Part shown: positions 19,555 through 29,700 of the stretch, in pieces
Layout: each line of letters begins with the position of its first letter
Position numbering within the stretch: position 1 is the stretch's first letter
From: Promethearchaeota archaeon
GTDB lineage: Archaea > Asgardarchaeota > Lokiarchaeia > Sigyniarchaeales > SOKP01
Assembly: GCA_048937405.1 (NCBI GenBank)
Contig: JBHLNF010000001.1
Coordinates: forward strand, 816,785-880,784
Reading direction: 5' to 3'
Length of the DNA: 64,000 nucleotides
The notes under the pieces: generated by a model
Databases searched by the model: none
Told to the model about the DNA's origin: nothing
The model's input: the letters and a program-made list of their open reading frames with translations, nothing else
Translations under genes and position numbers: made by a program

Positions 19555-20831
19555 AAAGGTCTTCTATTTCTTCTTTTTTCTAACAAAGAAATGCCATATA
19601 TGCCTAATGTTCTAGTTAAATTATTGAGTAATAAATCTACTTCTTTTGGTTTAAAGACGGCCCTCTTATGAGCTTCAATTTGAGGGATTGGTAAACCATA
19701 GTGTTCATTCAAACTTGAAATTGGTAATAGTATCGAAGATATTAAATCTGCTTTCTCTGAAGCTTTATTAAAACAGTGTTTTTCTTCCATAAAGAATTCT
19801 ATTCTACATGGAGTATCAAAATGAGTTGTTTTCAGATAAAAGGCATAAAATGACAAAGGAAAATAATAGGGAATTTCTTTTTTTATTCCAGTATCTCTAA
19901 TTTTATCGATCTCTCTCTTGCAATTGAATATACAAGTTCTTTCGGATTTTTCCAAGATTCGATTGAATAAATCAATATCAGAAAAAAATTCAATAATTTG
20001 TCGGTAATTTAAAGTAATAAAATCTGTTAATTTTGAATAATTAGGTTTTAATAATTGTATCGTATCTCTTATAATGTGTGATAAGGCAGATGTTCTTGTA
20101 TCTTTTATTGAACCAATTAATAATATCCCATTTTCTTTACAATTCAGATATAATTTATGGTATTCCTTTAATAGTTCATCATACTTTCTTGATATTTGAA
20201 GATCTTTTGAAAATAATAAATTTATTGGCATAATAACAATTGATCCATCAATTATTATCATATCAATTCCAGAAGATTTTTCTATTAGTCGATTTAAAAG
20301 ATTTATTTCCATGAAAGTCATATCAATAGAAATTTCGGTCTCAGTCGTAGTTTCATCTCGATTTAAAAAATTACTTTGAACATAATAATTATTAAAACCA
20401 CTGAGGTCTGGATAATAATCGATTTTTGCATTATGATTTTTTTGAAAATAATATTTTGCTACTATAGCCTTTAAAAATGAAAAATCTACATTCATGTATT
20501 TTTTCGTAACAGAGCTTCCATCTACGCTAACAACATTTAATCCCCGAATATTAGCACAGGATATCTTTTTTTTCAAGAATTTTTCTTTAATATAAAAATT
20601 GGGAGAATATATAAATTTTGTAAAATCTAAATTTTCAAGATTCTTCAAAATGCAATCTACAAAAGAATTTTTTAATTTTTCTATCTCTAAATATTCTTCA
20701 GCAATAACTTTAAGATCATTTAAAAGAAGTTGCTCTTTAGTTAATCCAAGATAATTAATTCTATCATTATCTCGTTTTACTATTTGAGAAGAATTCTTTT
20801 CTGATTCAATAAAATTATCTCCAATTGTCAT
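19551..20831 (-). CDS. nurA: NurA-family 5'-3' nuclease
   Basis: SVDGS, IIDGS, GSIKD, YGLPIPQIEAH motifs. Confidence 0.85.
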   Translation of the reverse strand: MTIGDNFIESEKNSSQIVKRDNDRINYLGLTKEQLLLNDLKVIAEEYLEIEKLKNSFVDCILKNLENLDFTKFIYSPNFYIKEKFLKKKISCANIRGLNVVSVDGSSVTKKYMNVDFSFLKAIVAKYYFQKNHNAKIDYYPDLSGFNNYYVQSNFLNRDETTTETEISIDMTFMEINLLNRLIEKSSGIDMIIIDGSIVIMPINLLFSKDLQISRKYDELLKEYHKLYLNCKENGILLIGSIKDTRTSALSHIIRDTIQLLKPNYSKLTDFITLNYRQIIEFFSDIDLFNRILEKSERTCIFNCKREIDKIRDTGIKKEIPYYFPLSFYAFYLKTTHFDTPCRIEFFMEEKHCFNKASEKADLISSILLPISSLNEHYGLPIPQIEAHKRAVFKPKEVDLLLNNLTRTLGIYGISLLEKRRNRRPF

Positions 20832-20925
20832 TTAGTAGTAAAATTATTAGAATTAATATTAATAATAATGAGATATTTAATTTTTTGATTTATTAGGACT
20901 TATCAATAATGATAAAATAAGGAAA

Positions 20926-21567
20926 ATGGCTATTAATTTAGGAGAAAATCCATGGATTTTAATAAGTTTAATATTTTTGGAATTTTTGTTAATTATTATA
21001 CCCGCTTTAGTATCCAGTAAATTGGAAAAAAGACCATTTCAAGATATAATAAAAGAAATGGGTTTTCAAAAAGATAATGACCTGCTTATAAAAATTATAT
21101 CAGGAATATCTCTTGGAATAATTTTTTTCTTTCTTGGTACTTATATCATAATATTTTTTAGAGATTTTATTGTTAAGAATCTATTTGGTTCCGATTTTGT
21201 TAAAACTGGTAAAGAAGGCACTATTAGCACAGGACCAATGCAACCTAATACTACTCAACTAGTAATACTTATAATCTTAAATTTGATTATTACGGGACCT
21301 TGTGAAGAAGCTTTTTTTAGAGGATTTCTTATTAAAAAGTTTGAAATCAAATTTAAAATGAGTTACAGTACTTTCTTTTCATCGATTATTTTTACTCTTT
21401 ATCATATTCCTCCATTTTTGGTGCCTATAACTACAATAGTTACATATTTTGGATATTATTTTGCATTTGGGGTGCTACTTTCACTTGTATTTGTCTATTT
21501 CAAATATTCTTTAATTCCTTGTTCAATAGCTCATTCTTGTTTCAATATTCTGATTTTATTAATATAA
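20926..21567 (+). CDS. CPBP/CAAX intramembrane metalloprotease
   Basis: Intact EEAFFRG, FTLYH and AHSCFN motifs; multiple TM helices. Confidence 0.88.
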   Translation: MAINLGENPWILISLIFLEFLLIIIPALVSSKLEKRPFQDIIKEMGFQKDNDLLIKIISGISLGIIFFFLGTYIIIFFRDFIVKNLFGSDFVKTGKEGTISTGPMQPNTTQLVILIILNLIITGPCEEAFFRGFLIKKFEIKFKMSYSTFFSSIIFTLYHIPPFLVPITTIVTYFGYYFAFGVLLSLVFVYFKYSLIPCSIAHSCFNILILLI

Positions 21568-21691
21568 TTAAGTTTTATTTTGAAAATGGTAATTTTAATA
21601 TACATAAAAATAAATTAATATTGGAGATATTAATATTATAAAAATATGCAAGGTCTTTCCAAAATTAAATTAATAAATTTTTGAAAAAAAA

Positions 21692-22216
21692 ATGACAAAT
21701 TACGACTATACATTTAAAATAATGATGCTAGGTGACGCATCAGTAGGTAAAACATCGCTTACTATGAGATATATTTCTGGATATTTCATGGAAGACCTCA
21801 AATTAACTATCGGAGTAGATTTTTATAGTAAGACAACCTCATTTAATGATAAAAAAGTCAAATTGCAGATTTGGGATTTTGGAGGAGAAGAACGATTTCG
21901 GTTTTTACTTTCTCAATATAGTAAAGGTGCAAATGGGGCATTTTTTTTGTATGATATTACTAATCAAACATCTTTAGATCATCTACCAGATTGGACTCAA
22001 GTAATTAGAGAACATGCAGGGGAAATTCCTATAATGTTAATTGGTTCGAAGGTTGATTTACATGAATTCCGTTCTGTATCTCGTGATGACGGAATATTAG
22101 CAGCAAAGAAATACAATCTTTCTTCTTTTGTGGAATTATCTTCTAAAACAGGAGAGAACGTCGAGAAAGCTTTTAATGTAATGACAGAAATTCTTTTTGA
22201 AAAGTATGAACATTAG
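21692..22216 (+). CDS. Rab-like small GTPase
   Basis: G1 GDASVGKT, G2 TIGVDF, G3 WDFGG, G4 SKVD, G5 SSK; no prenylation tail. Confidence 0.92.
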   Translation: MTNYDYTFKIMMLGDASVGKTSLTMRYISGYFMEDLKLTIGVDFYSKTTSFNDKKVKLQIWDFGGEERFRFLLSQYSKGANGAFFLYDITNQTSLDHLPDWTQVIREHAGEIPIMLIGSKVDLHEFRSVSRDDGILAAKKYNLSSFVELSSKTGENVEKAFNVMTEILFEKYEH

Positions 22217-22336
22217 TTTTTAATAAAATTGATTATCTCTTTTATTACTACTAATTTTTGAAAATAATAATACTTTTAAAATTATCATATCTAATTCTTA
22301 ATTAAATTTTATAAATGCAATATTTAAGTGGAAATT

Positions 22337-22870
22337 TTGACTGAAATAAACAAAGAAGAACCACCAAGACCTGAAGGACTAAAATTACATTCTAAAGCAC
22401 CTCAAATAGATACAACAGATATATATGACAATCCTGTTAAACTAGATAAGCTGTTATTGTCCTATAATGGTGTTTTAATTGATTTTTTTCGAGGAAATTG
22501 GTGAAGTCACTGTAAAATGCATTTAAAACTCTTAACTGAACATATCTCTGAATTTAATGATAAAAAAATTAAATTACTTTCAATTGCTAGCGATAGTGTC
22601 AGACTTTTAAGGAAATTTAAAGAAGAAAATGAGTTTGTGATTGATATGATTTCTGATAGAGGAGCTAAAATTGCTAAACAATATGATGTTTACTGGTTTG
22701 CTCCTGGAGGAGGAAAAGATTATAAAATAAAACAAGCGGTGCCTAGTAAATTTCTTATAAATAATAACGGTGAAATTATCTGGAAATATATCGGAAAAGA
22801 TAAAACTGATAGACCTTCGATTGATATGATGATGAGTATAATTGATAAATTTATTACAAATCCCAAATAA
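22337..22870 (+). CDS. Peroxiredoxin-like (AhpC/TSA) selenoprotein, UxxC, in-frame TGA at 22502-22504
   Basis: Frame is open from TTG 22337 (or GTG 22328) through KAPQI...LIDFFRGNW-TGA-SHC-KMHL and continues into the 117-aa ORF at 22517; SECIS downstream. Confidence 0.9.
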
Positions 22871-22910
22871 GTATGAGTTGACCGTAAAAAAAAGAGACGT
22901 TCAATGACAA
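22871..22910 (+). promoter_or_regulatory. Eukaryote-like SECIS element in 3' UTR
   Basis: AUGA (22873-76), stem GUUGACCGU / ACGUUCAAU, A-rich loop and closing GA, giving tandem GA/AG core geometry. Confidence 0.82.
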
Positions 22911-23054
22911 CCTTGCAAGGGTTTTGGGATTATTCTTTCTTTTTTTAAGCAATTTCTAAATAAATAATGTTAAATGTGAGCTTAATGATATATGAATTAA
23001 TCTTTTTTCATTTGATTTATAAAAAACAATGGTAAAATTGTAAATAACAGAATT

Positions 23055-23246
23055 TCATCTATTTTTTATTGCTCTGTTTTTAATTGGAGATCTAGATTTA
23101 TATAACTTACAATCTAGTGCAACACATTTATCAGAAATCCTCTCGATATGAAGACATTCTCCCATAGAATAATAGAAACATTTCTTATTGTCTTTAATTG
23201 ACTTTTTAAAATTAATTTGCTCAGATGAAAAATTATCTCTCCTCAC
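23055..23246 (-). CDS. Small Cys/His-rich hypothetical protein
   Basis: 63-aa ORF with pattern C-x6-C-x-H-x6-C-x4-C; GTG start. Confidence 0.4.
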   Translation of the reverse strand: MRRDNFSSEQINFKKSIKDNKKCFYYSMGECLHIERISDKCVALDCKLYKSRSPIKNRAIKNR

Positions 23247-23443
23247 ATTTTTCTGTTGAGATTTTCTAATATAATTTCTCTACAATTAATATTGGTAAAT
23301 AGTAATAATTTTAATATAACTTACTAAATTTTCATCGTAGTAAATTTATATGAATTATAACTCAACCAACTGAAGATATAAGAACTATATCAATCAATTA
23401 TTAATAGGATTTCGTCCTAGTACATGTCCTAAATAAATAATCA

Positions 23444-23623
23444 TTAATTAAAACGTATGTATCTGATATATTGCTTAATTAATGAATTATACCGAAATCC
23501 AGATTCATATTTAAATCCACATTTAGAACAATAGTACTGAATGCACTCTTTATTATCTTCTTTAAAAAGAACATCATCTTTCATAAGATGCCCACATTTA
23601 TCACAATATATACTTTTTAACAT
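23444..23623 (-). CDS. Small zinc-ribbon protein (59 aa, below ORF-track cutoff)
   Basis: MLKSIYCDKCGHLMKDDVLFKEDNKECIQYYCSKCGFKYESGFR...; two CxxCG knuckles. Confidence 0.65.
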   Translation of the reverse strand: MLKSIYCDKCGHLMKDDVLFKEDNKECIQYYCSKCGFKYESGFRYNSLIKQYIRYIRFN

Positions 23624-23832
23624 AATTTATAATTAGTTTTAGAAACATATTTAAAATCCACAAGTAAGGAGATTTAGTAATAATTCTATAGCATCTAGAG
23701 AGGGATTAATAATAAGCTTTTTGTACACAAAAAGAACTTGTTTTGTATCAAAATCACATAATAATTTTTTTTGTTATCTATTTATATACAAAAAGTTACT
23801 TCTACTCATTCAGGAATGGTGAAAATAAAAAA

Positions 23833-24387
23833 ATGACATTAAATGCTTTCTTAGAATTAGATAATCAGCAGAGTAAAAAGGACTTCAGTTTTAAAAGTAT
23901 ATATGATTTTTCTCCACCCCCTTTTATTGGGTGTATCTTATCAGATAAAGAAGGAAAAACAATTGCATTATTTGAGAGTCATAAGGGAGCTTTAGAATTT
24001 TATCTTAAAAACAATATGAAAGATCCATCAAAAAGTGAATGTTTTAATATTGAACTCATTCCTATGTTTATAAGTGCCTTAGAAAGATTTTCAGAAGAAA
24101 TTAATATTCAAGATGTGCCCTGTATTAATCTTAAAGGAATTAATATCAAATTACATTCTATTTTTGATTTAGATAATTTTATTGTTATATTCTTCCTAAA
24201 TCCATACGTTCATATTAAATCGTTTGAAAATTTAATACATAATTATTTTATAAATCTTTATGATGATTATAGATGTGAATTTAATGATATCAAGAAATTA
24301 AGCTCATTAAATTTCATAAATAGCCTAGAAAATCTTGGAATGGAATGGATAAAGCATTTAAACAATCTATTTTTAGAAAGAATATAA
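23833..24387 (+). CDS. Longin/roadblock-like domain protein
   Basis: ATG 23833; IGCILSDKEGKTI...LIPMFISALERFSEEI...IVIFFLNP resembles the longin/roadblock strand-helix pattern. Confidence 0.55.
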   Translation: MTLNAFLELDNQQSKKDFSFKSIYDFSPPPFIGCILSDKEGKTIALFESHKGALEFYLKNNMKDPSKSECFNIELIPMFISALERFSEEINIQDVPCINLKGINIKLHSIFDLDNFIVIFFLNPYVHIKSFENLIHNYFINLYDDYRCEFNDIKKLSSLNFINSLENLGMEWIKHLNNLFLERI

Positions 24388-24700
24388 AAATTTAATAAAT
24401 TATATACTGAAAAATATATCTCTATTCATCTTAGAGTCAATGCTAATTCAATATAAAGGATTATTAAATTGACCCTAAAGTCTTAATATGGTTAGAAACG
24501 ATTCTGTCTCAACCAATTTCTTTAAATCTTTCTATGAAGCCATATATTAGTTATATTGGGAATAGGAACTCTTTGAATAAATATCGTTATACTAATACGA
24601 ATAATTGATAAAAATATAAATTTTTATAATAAAGATTTTATTAGTAGATTGAGAATTTTCTAAAATTTTATGATTAATCTTTGTCTGGAGAAAAACCAAT

Positions 24701-25255
24701 TTGAGACAAGTAAAAGGAACGATGCTTTTAATGATTATAAAGTCAATTAAAGCAAATTATATTAAAATTGGTGAATATAATGGGATCCTTTCAGACAAAG
24801 CAAAAGAATTCCTTACACATAGAATTTTGAGTACGTCTTGGTATCCATTTGAAGTATATCGAGAACTTTATGATGCTTTATGTCTTATTGAAGCCCGAAA
24901 TGATCCAAAAATCTTAGAGCAATGGGGTATAATTGAATCAAAACGTATGTTTTCAACAACTTATCAGTCTATTGCTGTTAAAGAAGATCTTCAAATGGCT
25001 ATTGAAGGATACACACGTTTTCAAAGAAGGATTTTTAATTTTGGTGATATTATTTTCGAATTCATTTCTGATAACGAAGTAATGTTTTCATATAAAGACA
25101 TGCCTCTTGATTGGGAAAATTTCTATTACACAGCAGTGGGATATTTGAAAGGATTTTTGGAATTATGTGTTGATAAAAAGGTTGATTCGTCCTTTTTAAA
25201 AAAATCTTGGAAAGGGGAAAGTTCGACTGAAATCAAAATTTCATGGTCTCTTTAA
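24701..25255 (+). CDS. H-NOX/V4R-fold-like protein, tandem copy 1 (Gln at position 108)
   Basis: 184 aa; VKG, SWYP, DALC, FNFG, KSW, W-terminal motifs shared by all seven copies. Confidence 0.6.
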   Translation: MRQVKGTMLLMIIKSIKANYIKIGEYNGILSDKAKEFLTHRILSTSWYPFEVYRELYDALCLIEARNDPKILEQWGIIESKRMFSTTYQSIAVKEDLQMAIEGYTRFQRRIFNFGDIIFEFISDNEVMFSYKDMPLDWENFYYTAVGYLKGFLELCVDKKVDSSFLKKSWKGESSTEIKISWSL

Positions 25256-25509
25256 ATAATTTAGAATTCCTAAAGTTAAAACTAAATTTGTTATTACCCT
25301 TTAAATTGAGATAATCTTGGAGAGATACTTTGTACAATTCTAAAAAATTAATCTGTCATTAGATTTACAAAAAGGTTCATAATAATCAAAAAAAATAAAA
25401 TGAACTTCATTTCGTAAAAAAACTTTATATAAATGAATTTACAATATAATTTTGTAAAACTCTTCATAAAAAATAATAAATTTTAAATATTAATATAAAG
25501 GGGATTTAT

Positions 25510-26064
25510 TTGAAACAAGTAAAAGGATCAATGGCGGTAACGATTATAAAGAATATTAAAACAAGTCCTAAAGGATTGGGACCATATAACCAGATTCTTT
25601 CAGATAAAGCAAAAGAGTTACTTAATCGAAGGATTCTTGCTGGATCATGGTATCCTTATGATGCATATAGAGAATGTTTTGATGCTTTATGTTTAATTGA
25701 AGCAAAAAATAATCCAAAGACCTTAACAGAATGGGGTTTAAATGAGTCTAAAGTTTGGCTTTCAACTGTTTACCAATCTACTATTGATAAAGGAAACCTT
25801 CAAGCGCTTACTACACAATATACACGTTTTCATAGATTGGTTTTTAATTTTGGAGAAATCATAGCAAAATTTCTCTCTGATACAGAAATAGAATTTACAT
25901 ATGTAGATCTTCCTCGTGATTGGTCAAATTATTATTACATAGCACTGGGGTGGATAATTTCATTTGTCGAGGCTACTGTTAACAAAAAAGTCGATTATGT
26001 CTTTCTTAATAAATCATGGGAAAGAGGAGGCTGGACTAAACTCAAGTTTTCATGGTCTCCTTGA
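25510..26064 (+). CDS. H-NOX/V4R-fold-like protein, tandem copy 2
   Basis: 184-aa paralog; RFH108, YVDLPR. Confidence 0.6.
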   Translation: MKQVKGSMAVTIIKNIKTSPKGLGPYNQILSDKAKELLNRRILAGSWYPYDAYRECFDALCLIEAKNNPKTLTEWGLNESKVWLSTVYQSTIDKGNLQALTTQYTRFHRLVFNFGEIIAKFLSDTEIEFTYVDLPRDWSNYYYIALGWIISFVEATVNKKVDYVFLNKSWERGGWTKLKFSWSP

Positions 26065-26416
26065 AAAGTATATGAACCTATACATTAGAAATGAAGGCTC
26101 AAATCGGATAAGAACAAATATACCTTTAAAGAATTCTCAAAATTATTTTATTATTCTAAAAACATTTTTATTAAGTAGATTTCTAAAAAAGTTTATGAAT
26201 ATATTCTGTTAAAAAAGCACGAAATTTCTGCATAAATAAAGGTTTATATAATTAGACTTAAACTATGATTTTAGAAAACTCTTTAAAATTTCTATAATGT
26301 CTAAGTTAAATTGGATAATCTTAAGAAAGTATAAATTATGTCAACTAGCTTAGATTATTTTAGATAATTTTAGATTAGTTAAACTATATTTAGTTAGGAA
26401 AAATAAGGGGATTTAT

Positions 26417-26971
26417 GTGAAAAAAGTAAAAGGATCGTTAATAATAACGATTGTAAAATCAATTAAAACAAGCCCTAAAGGATGGGTTGAATATGACAGA
26501 ATACTTTCAAACCAAGCAAAAGAATTTCTTAAAAAAAGAATTCTGACAGGATCATGGTATCCTTTGGAAGACTATAGAGAATGTTTTGACTCAGTATGTT
26601 TTGTTGAAGCACGAAATAATCAGAAAATCATTCTCGAATGGTCTATAAGGGAAGCAAATCGTTGGCTTACAACACTTTATCAGGCTATTGTTCTTAAGGG
26701 AGACCTTGAAATGGCTATAGAGAAATACCAACGTTTACACAGGAGATTTTTTAATTTCGGTGAAATTATAACAAATTTCATCTCTGATAATAAGATAGAG
26801 TTAATTTACATAGATATTCCTCGTGATTGGGAAAATTGGTATCAGTCAGCAGTAGGATGGGCAATGGCATTTATTAAATTATGTATTGACAAAGAAATTG
26901 ATTATACATTCTTAAATAAATCATGGGTGAATGGTGGTTGGACTACAATCAAGTTTTCATGGTCTCCTTGA
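26417..26971 (+). CDS. H-NOX/V4R-fold-like protein, tandem copy 3
   Basis: 184-aa paralog; RLH108, YIDIPR. Confidence 0.6.
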   Translation: MKKVKGSLIITIVKSIKTSPKGWVEYDRILSNQAKEFLKKRILTGSWYPLEDYRECFDSVCFVEARNNQKIILEWSIREANRWLTTLYQAIVLKGDLEMAIEKYQRLHRRFFNFGEIITNFISDNKIELIYIDIPRDWENWYQSAVGWAMAFIKLCIDKEIDYTFLNKSWVNGGWTTIKFSWSP

Positions 26972-27124
26972 AAATGCTCTGAATACATAAATTAAAATTA
27001 AAGGTTTCAATCATTAAATAACATGCTTTTCTTTAAGAGATGTTTTAAATCGTTTTACTAATTTCTAACAATTTTAATTAATTTTAATTGAGAAAAAAGC
27101 CGTGAAATTATTATGTTAAAATGA

Positions 27125-27194
27125 CACGAAATAAATGTATATATATAAATTTTTATAGTCAAATAAATACTATATTTCTGAAAAACTCTCTAAA
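27125..27194 (+). promoter_or_regulatory. Repeated promoter module of the tandem array (CACGAA, TTTTATA box, GAAAAACTCTCTAAA); representative copy
   Basis: Same module at 24596, 26218, 27125, 28733 and 29562 with near-constant spacing. Confidence 0.65.
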
Positions 27195-27323
27195 ATTACT
27201 TAATTCTCTAAGTAAAATTAGATAATTCTATATAAGAATATATTTGAAAACAATAACTTAGACTATTTTAGGTTTTTCAGATTAGTTAAAATAAGTTTAA
27301 ATAGGAAAAATGTGGGGATTTGA

Positions 27324-27878
27324 ATGAACAAAGTAAAAGGAACGATGCTCTTAATGATTGTAAAATCAATTAAAGCAGATCGGTCTAAAAAAGGTAAATA
27401 CGATCAGTTACTTTCAGAGAAAGGAAAAGAATTTCTTCAACAAAGAATTCTGTCAGCATCATGGTATCCTATGGGATATTATAGAGAATGCTTTGATGCT
27501 TTATGTTTAGTTGAAGCAAAAAATGATCCAAAAACCTTAATTAAATGGGGCTATTTGGAAGGAAAACGTTGGCTAACAACGATTTACAAATCTACTGTTT
27601 TCAAAGGAGATTTGCACCAGGCTATTGAAAAATATACTCGCTTTCACGATATGTTATTTAATTTTGGTAAAATTGTACCAAGTTTCAACTCGGGTACAGA
27701 GCTAGAAGTAACATATATGGATATTCCTCGTGATTGGAAAAATTGGTATTATACGGCATTAGGATGGGCAATGGTGTTTATAGAATTATGTATTGACAAA
27801 AAAGCCGACTATACATTCTTAAATAAATCATGGGTGAATGGAGGTTGGACTAAAATCAAATTTTCATGGACCTATTAA
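27324..27878 (+). CDS. H-NOX/V4R-fold-like protein, tandem copy 4
   Basis: 184-aa paralog; RFH108, YMDIPR. Confidence 0.6.
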   Translation: MNKVKGTMLLMIVKSIKADRSKKGKYDQLLSEKGKEFLQQRILSASWYPMGYYRECFDALCLVEAKNDPKTLIKWGYLEGKRWLTTIYKSTVFKGDLHQAIEKYTRFHDMLFNFGKIVPSFNSGTELEVTYMDIPRDWKNWYYTALGWAMVFIELCIDKKADYTFLNKSWVNGGWTKIKFSWTY

Positions 27879-28029
27879 AAAATTTGGAAATTTATCAGAA
27901 AATGAAAAAGATCTGAAAAAAATAGAGATTTTAAAATTAGTATGCTTATTAGACCATTTTGAAGGATTATCTATAAATCTTTATTAGGTTATAATTCTTT
28001 ATATTAATTTGGTAAGGTGGGATATTTAT

Positions 28030-28584
28030 ATGAAACAAGTAAAAGGAACTTTATTATTAACAATTGTAAAGATACTTAAAGCAAGAAATCGAACTAGTGG
28101 TTATTATAATAGTGCTCTTTCAGATAATGCAAAAACATTTCTTGAGCGAAGAATACTTACAGGATCATGGTATCCTTTAGAATATTATAGAGAATTATTT
28201 GATACTTTATGTTCTGTTGACGCAAAAAATGATCCAAAAACTTTAATCGAATGGGGTTTGGAAGAAGGAAAGCAATGGTTTACAACAATTTACCAGTCCG
28301 CTATTGTTGAGGGGGATCTTGAATCGGCTATTGAGAGATATAAACGTTTTCATAAAAAAGTTTTTAATTTTGGTGAAGTTAAAGTAGAAGCCATCTCTGA
28401 TACGGAATTAGAATTTACTTATGTAGATATGCCTCAAGATTGGAAAAATTATTATTACACATCATTAGGATACGCATTAGTATTTATTGAACTATGTGTT
28501 GGAAAAAAACCTGAATATTTCTTTCAAAATAAATCATGGGAAAGGGGAGGTTGGACTAAAACGAGGTTTTCTTGGGTTCCTTAA
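28030..28584 (+). CDS. H-NOX/V4R-fold-like protein, tandem copy 5
   Basis: ATG 28030 gives 184 aa; RFH108, YVDMPQ. Confidence 0.6.
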   Translation: MKQVKGTLLLTIVKILKARNRTSGYYNSALSDNAKTFLERRILTGSWYPLEYYRELFDTLCSVDAKNDPKTLIEWGLEEGKQWFTTIYQSAIVEGDLESAIERYKRFHKKVFNFGEVKVEAISDTELEFTYVDMPQDWKNYYYTSLGYALVFIELCVGKKPEYFFQNKSWERGGWTKTRFSWVP

Positions 28585-28858
28585 GAAATCTCTAAATTCA
28601 CAGGTTGGAATTGAAACTTTCAATTTGCATAAAAATAAGGTTATCTCGATATAAATTCTTTAAATCATTCTAAATCAATCTCCACTTCAGATAATCTCCA
28701 AAAGAGATTATGATTATTTTCTATTAAAATCACACGAAATTTTGGTTTATATGAAACTTTTTATAATCCATCTTATATTATAATTTTGAAAAACTCTCTA
28801 AACACTCTTCGTTAGGTTAAGTTTGTTTAGATTAATTAAAAATAAGAAGGATATTTAT

Positions 28859-29413
28859 TTGAAACAAGTAAAAGGAACAGTATTGATAACGATTGTGAAG
28901 TCAATAAAGGTAAACCATAATAAAAGAGCGGAATATGATAGAATACTTTCAGACAGAGCAAAAGAATTTCTTAAAAAAAGAATTTTAAATGCATCGTGGT
29001 ATCCTTTTGATATATTACGGGAACTTTTAGACGCTATGTGTTTAGTTGAAGGAGGAAATGACCCAAAAATCTTAGTTGAATGGGGACGTATTGATGGAAA
29101 ACGTTGGTTTACAACAGTTTATCAGGCTATTATTCTTAAGGGAGATCTTGAACTGGCTATAGAGAAATACCAGCGTTTTCACAGAAAGGTTTATAATTTT
29201 GGTGAGGTTATAGTTAAATTTATTTCTGATACAGAATTAGAATTTACTTATGTAGATCTGCCTCGCGATTGGGAAAATTATTATCACATAACAGCAGGAT
29301 GGGCAAAATCATTTGTAGAATTATGTCTTGGTAAAGAAGCTGATTATATGTTCATAAATAAGTCCTGGAAGGGAGAAGGTTGGACTAAAACAAGAATTTA
29401 TTGGGGTCCTTAA
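28859..29413 (+). CDS. H-NOX/V4R-fold-like protein, tandem copy 6
   Basis: TTG 28859 gives 184 aa; RFH108, YVDLPR. Confidence 0.6.
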   Translation: MKQVKGTVLITIVKSIKVNHNKRAEYDRILSDRAKEFLKKRILNASWYPFDILRELLDAMCLVEGGNDPKILVEWGRIDGKRWFTTVYQAIILKGDLELAIEKYQRFHRKVYNFGEVIVKFISDTELEFTYVDLPRDWENYYHITAGWAKSFVELCLGKEADYMFINKSWKGEGWTKTRIYWGP

Positions 29414-29700
29414 ATAATTTACAATAAGATTATTTCAAACTAAATATTCTTATTAGTTATAAAAAAAATGTATTTTAAGGAGTTTTTTTAAATCCACTTA
29501 AAAGCAATTATCATTTCATCTGGTTAGTAGAATATTTTATAGATTTTTTATGTTAAATTAACACGAACTTACGAGTTTAAAAATAAATTTTTATAAATAG
29601 GTTTATACTATCATTTTGAAAACTCATCTAAACTTTTTTTTAAAATAAGTTAGTTTAGGTTAATTTAATTATTATTATTTAATTAGGACAGGGGATTTGT

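Noticed and set aside
22502-22504. TGA as a nonsense mutation (pseudogene)
   Set aside because: It falls exactly on the redox Cys position and a SECIS-like hairpin follows the gene, so Sec recoding is far more parsimonious.
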